Virus record (IMG/VR): IMGVR_UViG_3300034161_000008
Location: 32,001-96,000 of that record
Reading direction: 5' to 3' (one strand)
DNA: 64,000 nucleotides
Source of the DNA: a virus
Lineage: Duplodnaviria > Caudoviricetes
Under the pieces are notes generated by a model. That model did not search any database. It was not told where the DNA came from and saw only the letters and a list, made by a program, of their open reading frames with translations. The position numbers were made by a program, and so were the translations under genes. Below, in pieces: positions 1-8,764 of this stretch; the first letter of the stretch is position 1, and each line of letters starts with the position of its first letter.

Positions 1-1
1 G

Positions 2-1960
2 GTTGTGCGACAGCATGCCGTATTCGACAAAGCCTGAGTCCAGCTGCTTTTGCAGAGAACCATCAGCTTGGCAGAAGCCAGACAAACGGACAGTGATCTT
101 CTGGTTGTCCACGAATGGATTAACCAAGAACTTCTGGTTGATGATCACAATCTCGACGCCCCGGATGAAGTAGTCCACCCCATAAACCAGAGCATTGCCG
201 TTCAACCACAGATCCAACTCACCCAGCAGAACCTCCAGCACCCGCTTGCCACGCACACCCAAACGAGTCTGGTAGTGAGTAAGGCTGAAACGATAGATGC
301 CGTCCTGAGGATTGAGCAACAGGTCGTAGGTCAGGATTCGGCCATCGGTACGCACCAGTGTTTGGAACTTGGTACGATCAACCAGCCAATGCACAGCACC
401 ATTAACAATGCTGTACTCCAAGCCACCCGTCACATCCGTCCAGACCTTACCAGCCACAGCGTTAACCACAGGGGTCACGTAGAAGCGATAGTTGAGGGTA
501 GGGTCGATCACCACAGGCACGTCGCCGTAGTAATCGTCTGTGTCCTCACCGCTGGTCCCCGAAAGGATTTCTACCGTGCGAGCCAGATTACTGGAACAGG
601 CATAAACAGAACCAATCGTGTGGTTGTGATAACCCAGTAGCTTGCCTTGGGCATCGTACTCGTATACGGTGGACTTGGTCTGCAAACCGTACGGAACGTC
701 AACCAACTGCAAACCCGACGACAGTCGAGTAGTCTGTGGCGTATCGCCCAACAACTTGGCGATGGCGTTGTATCCGTAGGCTTGTTCAACCAGAGCTGGA
801 GTGATGTCTTCACCATTGACACGCATGACCTTGGTGTAAGCCGAAGCTTCCAAAGTCTCAGCACGCCAGTTCTCCACCACCGAGTCCAAACCCAACATTG
901 CTTTACGCAAGTCCAGATCGTTGAGTTTGTACAGCTCTTTAATACGGTTGTTCTCGTTGACCAGAGGACGCTCGTACCCGGAGTGACGAATGTGCAGACG
1001 CAACACTTTCCCACGCAAGTCGTCCACGGTCTGGCCGTTGGCGACAAAGCTGAGCAGGTTAGCCACAGGAACCGAGTAGTCCTTGTGAGTCACCATCCGA
1101 AGGGCATCCACGGCATTGCGATGGTAATAGACGCCTGTGTGGCTACCATCGTCTTTGCGCGTGAGCAGGAATACGTCGAGGTCGTCCTGATACTCGATGT
1201 TGTCTTCACCCGTTCCGGCCTGATGCAGGAGGTACTTGGTGTGAGGATCGAGGCTCGACTCAAACGTGCGCAGACTGTCGATCGGGAAATCAACTACCTT
1301 AAAGATAGAAGAGTCGTACACGTATTCGGCCACGTCATCGATCTTCACCGTCAATAGGTTCAGAGCCGATACCTTGTAGCCGTTCACGAATGCGTAGACT
1401 TGCCCCGGCAGCTTCTTGTATTTCTCGAACTCGTTCTGGAGCGTGGTGATCTGCTTAGTCGTGAGCATGCGACCACCACCGACACGGATAAAGTCATCCA
1501 GTGGATCAGAGCGCAGGCTGTTGAAATAAGCGTTGCTGTAAACACGCAAAAAAAGATCGTTGTAGCCCAGGTCCACCCCGATGCGGTCCTGCACCTTGAC
1601 TGCGACAATCAAGTTCTTATCGCGGGTCGTCATGAACCACGACTCCGTACGAGGGAACTCAACGCCCAGACCAGTGTACAGATCCACCAACATCTTTTCT
1701 TCGTTGCACGATTTGGCAAACGTAGTCCAGACGTTTCGTTTCGGGAACAGACCCATCAGCAAGGGATGCAGTTGGCCAATTTGGTATACGTGGAACCGCA
1801 CGCCCTTCTCAGGCAAAGCATAGTTCTGCCAGAGTACGGTGAACTTGGTCCAGACCCCTTCTTTGGGAGTGAGTCTGGCCAGTTTTACGATCGACTGCAT
1901 ATCTTGGTCTGGAGTACACCAGACGTTCTTGATAGCGTGATCAGTGATGAAATTGTACAT
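2..1960 (-). CDS. Large virion structural protein (phiKZ gp27-like); runs off the left edge, so it is absent from the ORF track
   Basis: Hand translation: ATG at 1960 after an AGGTGG SD-like site gives MYNFITDHAIKNVWCTPDQD...; the same frame at the window edge reads ...GFCQADGSLQKQLDSGFVEYGMLSHN. Position upstream-divergent of the sheath matches the recalled phiKZ order. Confidence 0.75.
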   Translation of the reverse strand, partial: MYNFITDHAIKNVWCTPDQDMQSIVKLARLTPKEGVWTKFTVLWQNYALPEKGVRFHVYQIGQLHPLLMGLFPKRNVWTTFAKSCNEEKMLVDLYTGLGVEFPRTESWFMTTRDKNLIVAVKVQDRIGVDLGYNDLFLRVYSNAYFNSLRSDPLDDFIRVGGGRMLTTKQITTLQNEFEKYKKLPGQVYAFVNGYKVSALNLLTVKIDDVAEYVYDSSIFKVVDFPIDSLRTFESSLDPHTKYLLHQAGTGEDNIEYQDDLDVFLLTRKDDGSHTGVYYHRNAVDALRMVTHKDYSVPVANLLSFVANGQTVDDLRGKVLRLHIRHSGYERPLVNENNRIKELYKLNDLDLRKAMLGLDSVVENWRAETLEASAYTKVMRVNGEDITPALVEQAYGYNAIAKLLGDTPQTTRLSSGLQLVDVPYGLQTKSTVYEYDAQGKLLGYHNHTIGSVYACSSNLARTVEILSGTSGEDTDDYYGDVPVVIDPTLNYRFYVTPVVNAVAGKVWTDVTGGLEYSIVNGAVHWLVDRTKFQTLVRTDGRILTYDLLLNPQDGIYRFSLTHYQTRLGVRGKRVLEVLLGELDLWLNGNALVYGVDYFIRGVEIVIINQKFLVNPFVDNQKITVRLSGFCQADGSLQKQLDSGFVEYGMLSHN

Positions 1961-1976
1961 GCAGCCCACCTGCCTT

Positions 1977-2891
1977 TTATTGGCCGACGATGTCGTTGGT
2001 CATTTTGATGACCGAACGCAAGTAGTTCTGACCAGCTTGGTTGCGGTCCTTGATCTCAGCCACGCGAGCGACTTGCGAGTTCTTGAACGTGCGGGACTGA
2101 TAGCATGCAGCAACGATGGCCAACCAAGTCGGCGGATGCTCGAGCGCTACAGCGATCATTTCTTTGTGGTTGTGGCCAAACCAGCTACCACCGAGCAGGG
2201 TAATCAGCAGCGCAGGATTGAGCTCTTTCAAGCGAACCGAGCCTGTGATCTTTTCCGCATGCGCACAAAAATCAGAAATACTCTGAAGGACAGGTAGATC
2301 CGACAACAGATTGTAAACCTGTTCGGCACTCGCACTAACGCTCATCGATACGGCTTTAACCACACGGCCAAGTTCACGCTCATCGAACTTTTCCGCGTCA
2401 GTGAACAAGCACTGGTAATGGTAAGCAGACAGCACCGCCAAGCGGAGTTGTTCTTCGGGGTCCAACACAAAGCGACGAGTAATCGACTCAGCCATCCATG
2501 CAGCAAAGATCTGTGCAGGGAGCTGGGAGATGTCGCGCAGAATGTTTGGCGTTTCAGTCAACCAAACGTAGTTCAACTTGGCGCGTAGCGTCGCGGTGTC
2601 GTACTGGATGCCATCGCGCACAACGAACGACGAAGTCATGCGATCAACCTTACCGAAAGGTCGGGCATCGTAAGCAATAAAGAACTGCTTATCGGAATCC
2701 TCGATCCAAAGGGGGTGCTCGAATTGCGGTACGGCGTCTACAACAGAACGACCGCCCTCAACAACGCGCACGCCGTTGGCCTGTACTTTCAGCTCACCGC
2801 TGATCCACGCACGTTGGATGGCGTCCACCGTTTTGTCCATACGAAAACCCTGCGTGGCAGTGGTATCGTAGGCTGTTTTGAAAATAGTCAT
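1977..2891 (-). CDS. Virion structural protein (phiKZ gp28-like)
   Basis: 304-aa ORF, head-to-head with the sheath gene; typical phage codon usage; call rests on synteny. Confidence 0.65.
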   Translation of the reverse strand: MTIFKTAYDTTATQGFRMDKTVDAIQRAWISGELKVQANGVRVVEGGRSVVDAVPQFEHPLWIEDSDKQFFIAYDARPFGKVDRMTSSFVVRDGIQYDTATLRAKLNYVWLTETPNILRDISQLPAQIFAAWMAESITRRFVLDPEEQLRLAVLSAYHYQCLFTDAEKFDERELGRVVKAVSMSVSASAEQVYNLLSDLPVLQSISDFCAHAEKITGSVRLKELNPALLITLLGGSWFGHNHKEMIAVALEHPPTWLAIVAACYQSRTFKNSQVARVAEIKDRNQAGQNYLRSVIKMTNDIVGQ

Positions 2892-3006
2892 TTGGAGCGC
2901 CCCACCTTTTCCATATAAAGCCTTTAGGACGGTCGATATACTGCATTACTATGATGTACGACATCGACCCCGTTAACCATACCATTTAGCAATAGGACTG
3001 ACACAG

Positions 3007-5112
3007 ATGACAAGTCCCCTGAATGCTACCCCACAATCGATTCTGCTCGGTATTGATGACCAGAGTACGGTTGCGTTGGTGGCGGAAGCCGAACAGCTTC
3101 CTACGCACTTGCCGAAACTCTACTTCTACGCCAAGAAAGGTCCTACTGAGCCTCAATTGGTCGTGGGTAACAGCCGTTCCATCATGTACGGGGTCGACTC
3201 CTTTGACCTGCGTAAGCCCTGGGCTAACCACGCCACGGTGCTGGCCAACCTGATCAATGCTCAGGGTAACGCCGGTATGTACGAGCGCGTCAAACCAGCA
3301 GACGCTGGCCCGAACGCCTCGATCCGCGTATCGATCGACGTACTGCCTATGGCCGTACCGTTGTATCAGCGCAACTCCGACGGTTCGATCAAGGTCGATG
3401 CACAGAACAACCCAGTGCCTATGGCCGACGGTTCGACTACCACCGGTTATAAGGTCAAGTTCATCGGCGAGCCGATCGAATACCTGCCGCCTGAAGAAGA
3501 AGGTGGTGAGGCAATCTCCACTTACGGCCTCGGCGAAGAAGGTGCTGGCGACCAGGTCGACGAGCAATCGCAGACCACTTCCGTCCGCTACCCGCTGTTC
3601 GATACCGAGACTCCGGACTTCGGTGCCGACGGCAACCTGCGCGGTATCCGCCTGTGGGCTCCGACTACCAAGTCGAGCAACCCGATCGACCCTACCCTGC
3701 TGACGCAGAACAAGGTCTATCCGCTGCGTATGTCCTGCGTTCTGAAAGACAGCGCTGAGTCGACTCCGACTACCAAACCAACCACCGCTGCTGAGCAGTA
3801 CGTGGACATCGGTTTTGTGCCGGGTGCGATCAACAAGCGTACCGACAAGATCACTTTCGTTGAGGAAGTGTTCGTCCAGTCGTACCAGAATCTGGAAGAC
3901 CCATCGGTTCCGCCTGTCTGGGGCCCGTTCGGCAAATTCCATCTGTACCAGGAAAACGTCGACAAGCTGGTCAAGCTGTTCTACGCAGCTGAAAAGCCGC
4001 ACAGCATCGGCTCGGTCGATTTCGACCAATCCGAAGGCGAAGAGTACCGCTTCAACTTCATCGGTGGCACCGACTCTCAGGGCGTTCCGTACCAGTCTTA
4101 CATCTTCTCGAAAGATGCTGGCTCCGTGCGTCTGACCGAGAACTCGACCATCTATGCTTCGGGCGGTTCCGACGGCACCATGAACGACGTCGAGTTCGCT
4201 AAACTGGTTTCTGCTTCTGTGAAGAAGTACGCAGACCCGGACAGCGAGTTCCAGAATACTGCGAAGTATCCTGAATCGATGATTTGGGACTCCGGCTACC
4301 CGCTGGAAACCAAGTACGACCTGATCAGCTTTATCGCCAACCGTAAGGACACCGGCGTAGGCCTGTGCACTCACACCGTCGGCGGTGCTGAACTGACTGC
4401 TTCGGAAGAGTCGGCTCTGGCTGTTGCTCTGCGCACCCGTCTGGGCATGTTCCCAGAATCCGAAACCTTCGGCACCTCCGTGGTCCGTGGTATCGTGGTG
4501 GGTCGTTCGGGCAAACTGATCAACTCGCAATACACTCAGCCCCTGCCGCTGATCCTCGAGATCGCCAGCAAGACTGCCCAGTACATGGGTGCCGGTAACG
4601 GCAAGTGGAAATCGGGTCAGTCGTTCGACAAGGCTCCTCGCAGCAAAGTCACGATGTTCCGCGACATCAACGTCACCTTCACTCCGTTCACCGTCCGCAA
4701 CAAGGACTGGGCAAACGGCTTGAACTGGGTTGAGTCGTTCGACCGTCGTAGCTTCAGCTTCCCTGCTCTGAAGACCGCTTACGACAACGATACGTCGGTG
4801 TTGACCAGCTTCTTCACCATGATGGGCTGCATCGAAGTCGAGAAAGTTGCTGACCGCTGCTGGCGTGAATTCCGCGGTGTCGACACTCTGTCGAACGCGC
4901 AGATCATCAAGCAGGTCAACCAGTTCTTCAACGACAACCTGGTGGGCCGTTTCGACAACCGCTTCACCATCAACCCTGAAGCCTACTTCACCGCGCAGGA
5001 TATCGCGCGCGGCTACAGCTACTCGGTTCGTGTGAAGGTTTACGCCAACAACATGAAGACTGTCCAGACAATGGTTCTGGAAGCTCATCGCATTGAGGAT
5101 CTCGCAGCATGA
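3007..5112 (+). CDS. Contractile tail sheath protein (phiKZ gp29-like)
   Basis: 701 aa; sheath-like C-terminus (GRFDNRFTINPEAYFT...YANNMKTV); strong codon bias; ATGA-coupled to a tube-sized gene. Confidence 0.9.
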   Translation: MTSPLNATPQSILLGIDDQSTVALVAEAEQLPTHLPKLYFYAKKGPTEPQLVVGNSRSIMYGVDSFDLRKPWANHATVLANLINAQGNAGMYERVKPADAGPNASIRVSIDVLPMAVPLYQRNSDGSIKVDAQNNPVPMADGSTTTGYKVKFIGEPIEYLPPEEEGGEAISTYGLGEEGAGDQVDEQSQTTSVRYPLFDTETPDFGADGNLRGIRLWAPTTKSSNPIDPTLLTQNKVYPLRMSCVLKDSAESTPTTKPTTAAEQYVDIGFVPGAINKRTDKITFVEEVFVQSYQNLEDPSVPPVWGPFGKFHLYQENVDKLVKLFYAAEKPHSIGSVDFDQSEGEEYRFNFIGGTDSQGVPYQSYIFSKDAGSVRLTENSTIYASGGSDGTMNDVEFAKLVSASVKKYADPDSEFQNTAKYPESMIWDSGYPLETKYDLISFIANRKDTGVGLCTHTVGGAELTASEESALAVALRTRLGMFPESETFGTSVVRGIVVGRSGKLINSQYTQPLPLILEIASKTAQYMGAGNGKWKSGQSFDKAPRSKVTMFRDINVTFTPFTVRNKDWANGLNWVESFDRRSFSFPALKTAYDNDTSVLTSFFTMMGCIEVEKVADRCWREFRGVDTLSNAQIIKQVNQFFNDNLVGRFDNRFTINPEAYFTAQDIARGYSYSVRVKVYANNMKTVQTMVLEAHRIEDLAA

Positions 5113-5975
5113 GCCGTATCCGCGACGCAATTCTCGCAGAGAACACGGCCTACCACGTTGGCAAGACCAATCCCATGATTGATCTCCAATACGGCGGGCA
5201 GCAGGGCTACGCGCCCGATCTCACCGAATGGGTAAGCAACCAAGCTTACATTGGCAAAAACCTGATCTGCCTGCTGGTCGAGGCCCCTAAGGGCTTCGGC
5301 TACTTGCCGGACGCCGACGCATGGGTTGGTACTCTCCGTGCGCTGGTCGAGCTGCACCCAATGTCCATCACTGGTCTGTCGGCCGGTCTGGAAGTGGAAG
5401 TAACCGAAAACGCCGCTGGCGGTGCCGGTGAAATGCAGCAAGACTTCACTGACGTGAAACGTGCTCGTTCCAACCCAGTTTTCCGCTGGAACGAGAAATA
5501 CGGCATGCCGGTGCAGACCTTCCTGCAAGGTTGGATCACCTACCTGATGATGGACCCGGCTTCCAAGTACCCGAACGTTGCGACCTTGAGTGGTAGCAAA
5601 CCTACGGACTTGCTGGCCGACCAGTACGCAGCCACGATGATCTTCATCGAGCCAGATCCGACCCACACCAAAGTGGTTAAGGCCTGGCTGTGCACCAACA
5701 TGTGGCCAATGAACACGGGCGAGATGATCGGCCGTCGTGAACTGGCTGCTGCTGGTGAACCGACTACTTACGACATTCCTTTCACTGCGCTGACTCAGTT
5801 CGGCGCTGGTGTGGATCTGCTCGCTGAGAAGTTGCTGGCTGGTATCAACATCACCGGTGCAAACCCTTACCAGCGTCCTGCTTTCTTGGACGCCATCGAC
5901 GCCGACGTTCTGGCAGCCCGCAAGGGTTACGAGAGCCAAGTCGAAGAGCTGGGTTCGCAAGCAATCCGCGTATAG
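5109..5975 (+). CDS. Tail tube protein (phiKZ gp30-like)
   Basis: 288 aa directly after the sheath; PMIDLQYGGQQGY and FIEPDPT motifs match the recalled family. Confidence 0.85.
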   Translation: MSRIRDAILAENTAYHVGKTNPMIDLQYGGQQGYAPDLTEWVSNQAYIGKNLICLLVEAPKGFGYLPDADAWVGTLRALVELHPMSITGLSAGLEVEVTENAAGGAGEMQQDFTDVKRARSNPVFRWNEKYGMPVQTFLQGWITYLMMDPASKYPNVATLSGSKPTDLLADQYAATMIFIEPDPTHTKVVKAWLCTNMWPMNTGEMIGRRELAAAGEPTTYDIPFTALTQFGAGVDLLAEKLLAGINITGANPYQRPAFLDAIDADVLAARKGYESQVEELGSQAIRV

Positions 5976-6017
5976 CGGCATAAGGAGAGCAGCCTTTCGG
6001 GGCTGCTCTCTATGCTG
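5976..6017. terminator. CATA-hairpin-TATG element between convergent genes
   Basis: CGGCATA-AG-GAGAGCAGCC-TTTCGG-GGCTGCTCTC-TATGCTG; no U-tract on either strand. Confidence 0.7.
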
Positions 6018-6021
6018 TAAA

Positions 6022-6432
6022 TTAACGAATGTCGGGGTTGTTGGCACGATCCAGATCAACCATGCGTTGGGTGCGCGCTTGCAGTGCAGCCATCGAATGT
6101 TGTAGATGGTACAGAGCTTCTGCGTTCTCGGCCGAAGCGAACGGACCGGCTTGGAAGTCAGTCAGGCGATCTATACAGACAGCCATCAGAGATTCCATGG
6201 TAATGCCGACCAGATCTTTATCTGGCATTGGGCGTTCATTCTGGAAGATCAACGACAGCTTGGAGAACGACGCACGATAGCCGTCGTCGTCAGCGTTGGC
6301 GGTGTTGAGAGCAGTGTCAAAGCCAGTGATCTGGTAGTGAGTGTGACCACCACCTGCACCTACGACACCCACAGCTTTCACAACAACGTTGGTTTCAGCG
6401 CCTTCAACGTGGTGTACGGTAACTTCTTTCAT
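6022..6432 (-). CDS. tad1: Tad1-like (Thoeris anti-defence 1) nucleotide-signal sponge, 136 aa
   Basis: GAGGGHTHYQI...IFQN...GITMESLMAVCIDRLTDFQAGPFASAENAEAL matches the recalled Tad1 pattern (GxGG..H.Y, FQ, DRL..FQAGPF...EN..AL). AAGGA SD precedes ATG at 6432. Confidence 0.75.
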   Translation of the reverse strand: MKEVTVHHVEGAETNVVVKAVGVVGAGGGHTHYQITGFDTALNTANADDDGYRASFSKLSLIFQNERPMPDKDLVGITMESLMAVCIDRLTDFQAGPFASAENAEALYHLQHSMAALQARTQRMVDLDRANNPDIR

Positions 6433-6477
6433 GAGACTTCCTTTCGTGATTAATCGGAGTACACAAAATCCACCAAA

Positions 6478-6557
6478 CAAATAAAAAAAAAAGAGTGTCG
6501 GGTAGTCCCGGCTTTTATGCCGTCATAGACGGAAGACCGAAGTCTCCCGCCTACTCA
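6478..6557 (-). terminator. Tandem double hairpin ending in a long U-tract
   Basis: Minus strand: GCGGGAGAC-TTCG-GTCTTCCGTC-TATG-ACGG-CATA-AAAGCCGGGA-CTA-CCCGACAC-TC-T10. Confidence 0.7.
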
Positions 6558-6560
6558 GGT

Positions 6561-7289
6561 TTAGCTTTCGTGCGGTGACAGACCGTTAGGACTGTTGTAG
6601 AAGCTGGCGCGACTGGGCAAGAACCGGTAGAACATGTTCTTCTTCTCAACTTGAACCAAACGATTCATGATTGAGGAGTGTATCGGCATCAAGCTTTCGG
6701 CAGCCTGCTGCGAACTGGAGTACAGAAACAATGCCCAGTGGAAAGCATCAACAACGGCTGTGGTCAAACACATCCGAGGCGAACTACCCAAGCCATCTTC
6801 GTAGTCGGTAATTGCCGAAGACATATCGCCAACAGCCGAGATGAAGTGAATCAAGCCATCGAACTGGCTAGGCATCTTTCCAACAGCCATATTGCACTTG
6901 TGGCGGTACATGTACGAAGCCATGTTGCCAACGTTGACATTGTCGGAATGTTCTTTCAGTGTCTCAGCTACGTAACCACCCAGGTTGATTTGCAGGGTGT
7001 TGGCCATTGACATCGCAATGATTACAGCATCAACAACCTTGCGACGAAACTCACGCAGGTTGTCAGCCTGATGCAGCTCCATCAGATTACCGCCGTACTT
7101 GCCCATGTGCAACACGAAGTGCGTCAGCTTCTGAGCCAGTGGCAAGGTGTGGATCTCGTGGTGGAAGTAACGGTCGTGTTGTTCTTGCAACCACTGGACT
7201 TCAAGAACTTTATCAGCGAAGAACTGATTCATTCGTGGAGCCGGAGGAGCAACTTGAATACCACAACCATCAGATGAATCGAGGATCAT
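6561..7289 (-). CDS. All-alpha hypothetical protein, possibly a divergent tandem MazG/NTP-pyrophosphatase fold
   Basis: 242 aa, ATGA-coupled to the upstream HTH gene; helical motif QxxHDxxFHxEIxxLP...HFVLHMGKY...VVDAVIIAMSMANTL. Fold call is recalled resemblance only. Confidence 0.4.
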   Translation of the reverse strand: MILDSSDGCGIQVAPPAPRMNQFFADKVLEVQWLQEQHDRYFHHEIHTLPLAQKLTHFVLHMGKYGGNLMELHQADNLREFRRKVVDAVIIAMSMANTLQINLGGYVAETLKEHSDNVNVGNMASYMYRHKCNMAVGKMPSQFDGLIHFISAVGDMSSAITDYEDGLGSSPRMCLTTAVVDAFHWALFLYSSSQQAAESLMPIHSSIMNRLVQVEKKNMFYRFLPSRASFYNSPNGLSPHES

Positions 7290-7555
7290 TCTTCTAACTC
7301 CATCTTTACTTTCTTAACGATTTGGGATACCCGGCCAGGAGACAGCTTAAAGACACTAGCGACGTCTTTAGCTTTAGATCCACCCAGTACGGCGAAGTAG
7401 ATAAACTTGTCGCGAAGTTTTACAACCTCCTCCTGCAATTCTTTAAGCTGCCCAACTTCCGTGTCGGTAAACAATCGTCCTTCATCAAGGCTAGCTTTAG
7501 CTTTATCCAAAGCTCTGCTTGCGTGTTCCAGATGACTCAATGCCAATCTTCCCAT
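7286..7555 (-). CDS. Small helix-turn-helix protein (sigma region 4-like C-terminus)
   Basis: 89 aa; SKAKDVASVFKLSPGRVSQIVKK is an HTH pattern; GGAG SD present. Confidence 0.65.
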   Translation of the reverse strand: MGRLALSHLEHASRALDKAKASLDEGRLFTDTEVGQLKELQEEVVKLRDKFIYFAVLGGSKAKDVASVFKLSPGRVSQIVKKVKMELEE

Positions 7556-7572
7556 ACGAAGTCTCCAGAGAT

Positions 7573-7614
7573 AAAAAAAATAGTAACCTAAGATGGGGAG
7601 TTCTTAGGTTACTA
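7573..7614 (-). terminator. Intrinsic terminator: perfect 12-bp inverted repeat plus U-tract
   Basis: TAGTAACCTAAG-N10-CTTAGGTTACTA with a plus-strand A8 run (U-tract on minus). Confidence 0.7.
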
Positions 7615-7660
7615 CGCTAACAGGCATACGCTGAAAGAAGGAGTGAACAGCGCAGCAGGA

Positions 7661-8023
7661 CTAGCCAAGTGCCCCCAAGTTGAGGTTAACGAAACCGGCG
7701 ACCACACCCGCGACTTCTGATTGAGTCGGTGGGCGGAATCGATCGAATCCTTGAAACTGTTTGTAGCGTAATGCAAAGACTTCACTAAGAGGAAAGCCTC
7801 CGTAGAAATAAGGTTCAGGCTCGTGTGCTTTCCGATGCTTGTAGAAAGGAGAGTACGTTGAGAAACGGTTCCAGCAAGTTGATGCGTCCAAACGGTCTGC
7901 CCATCCTGAGAGCCATTCGTCTATTGCTTTAAGGGGGTCCTGTGTCTCTTGTGGAGAGAAGTGAAGCGGGAATTCCATCCGCGCTATTGGTTTCTCCAGC
8001 AGTTCCTTTATTGTGGCCATCAT
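7661..8023 (-). CDS. Hypothetical protein (about 120 aa); start uncertain
   Basis: ORF MMATIKELLEKP...; overlaps the 3' end of the DUF488 ORF by about 95 nt. Confidence 0.5.
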   Translation of the reverse strand: MMATIKELLEKPIARMEFPLHFSPQETQDPLKAIDEWLSGWADRLDASTCWNRFSTYSPFYKHRKAHEPEPYFYGGFPLSEVFALRYKQFQGFDRFRPPTQSEVAGVVAGFVNLNLGALG

Positions 8024-8423
8024 CCGATACCCTAGGAAAGTGTTGGGTGTTCGCTTTTGTGATCTCTCCACAAAGCGTAACTTCAATACCGTGTGCTTCC
8101 AGATATTTCTTCACCACCATTATCAGCAGGTGACGGTGACAGAATTGTCCGGCTCGACAGTAACAGGCGAGTGCAACAGTATCATACCCTTTAAGTTCCT
8201 CCCAACGCCCAGGATTCAATTCCTGAGATTCAGCCATCTTGGCTAGGTAGAGTCTGGTGTATTCCTCCTCAGACATCTTGCCATTTTTGTAATCCCACAC
8301 CTTGCTCATGTCCGGAGCGAAGGCGGCGATCCCACTCTTAGCGGTCGTATCGAGCATCTCAATGCCTAACGACTTACAGAGCCTCCATTGCGCGATCTGA
8401 ACGGTGTAGATCCTAATTGCCAC
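7929..8423 (-). CDS. DUF488-family protein (jumbo-phage type)
   Basis: DTTAKSG..FAP...YK.G..SEEEYT..YL and ALACYC..GQFCHRHLL motifs; GTG at 8423 preceded by AAGGAG. Confidence 0.75.
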   Translation of the reverse strand: MAIRIYTVQIAQWRLCKSLGIEMLDTTAKSGIAAFAPDMSKVWDYKNGKMSEEEYTRLYLAKMAESQELNPGRWEELKGYDTVALACYCRAGQFCHRHLLIMVVKKYLEAHGIEVTLCGEITKANTQHFPRVSDDGHNKGTAGETNSADGIPASLLSTRDTGPP

Positions 8424-8582
8424 GCGATGTACTCCTTGCAGCATAAAACGCTGCCAAGCCCCTTGCAGGACCCGGCAGCGTACACAGTGCTCACAACAGC
8501 TCCGTTGAATGTCAATGTTTTCGGCGTACCGAAGTACCCGATGGGCTGACCAGCTCCTGCTCTGTTGCTCGCGAGTGTTTAG

Positions 8583-8762
8583 TTAGACATGGCTGAGGGA
8601 CATTTCAACTTCGTGCTTCCACCACTTCTGCTCACCGTCACGCACAATCGGTTGTACAGAACGAGTGGAAGCCATCATGCTGACGAATACCTCAGCGCCG
8701 CGTTCTTCCAGTGCGGCCAGGACCATGTCCTTGAGCTGGTTGATGTCGATCAACTCGCCCAT
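8583..8762 (-). CDS. Small hypothetical protein (59 aa), below the ORF-track cutoff
   Basis: Hand translation MGELIDINQLKDMVLAALEERGAEVFVSMMASTRSVQPIVRDGEQKWWKHEVEMSLSHV*; starts 2 nt after the upstream stop. Confidence 0.55.
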   Translation of the reverse strand: MGELIDINQLKDMVLAALEERGAEVFVSMMASTRSVQPIVRDGEQKWWKHEVEMSLSHV

Positions 8763-8764
8763 TG

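Noticed and set aside
2986-5130. 714-aa ORF antisense to the sheath gene, and similar long antisense ORFs (10621-12705, 13940-15868, 34740-36071, 47878-49902, 61765-62772)
   Set aside because: They mirror real genes codon for codon. Strong third-position bias removes antisense stops; there are no SD sites or recognisable motifs.
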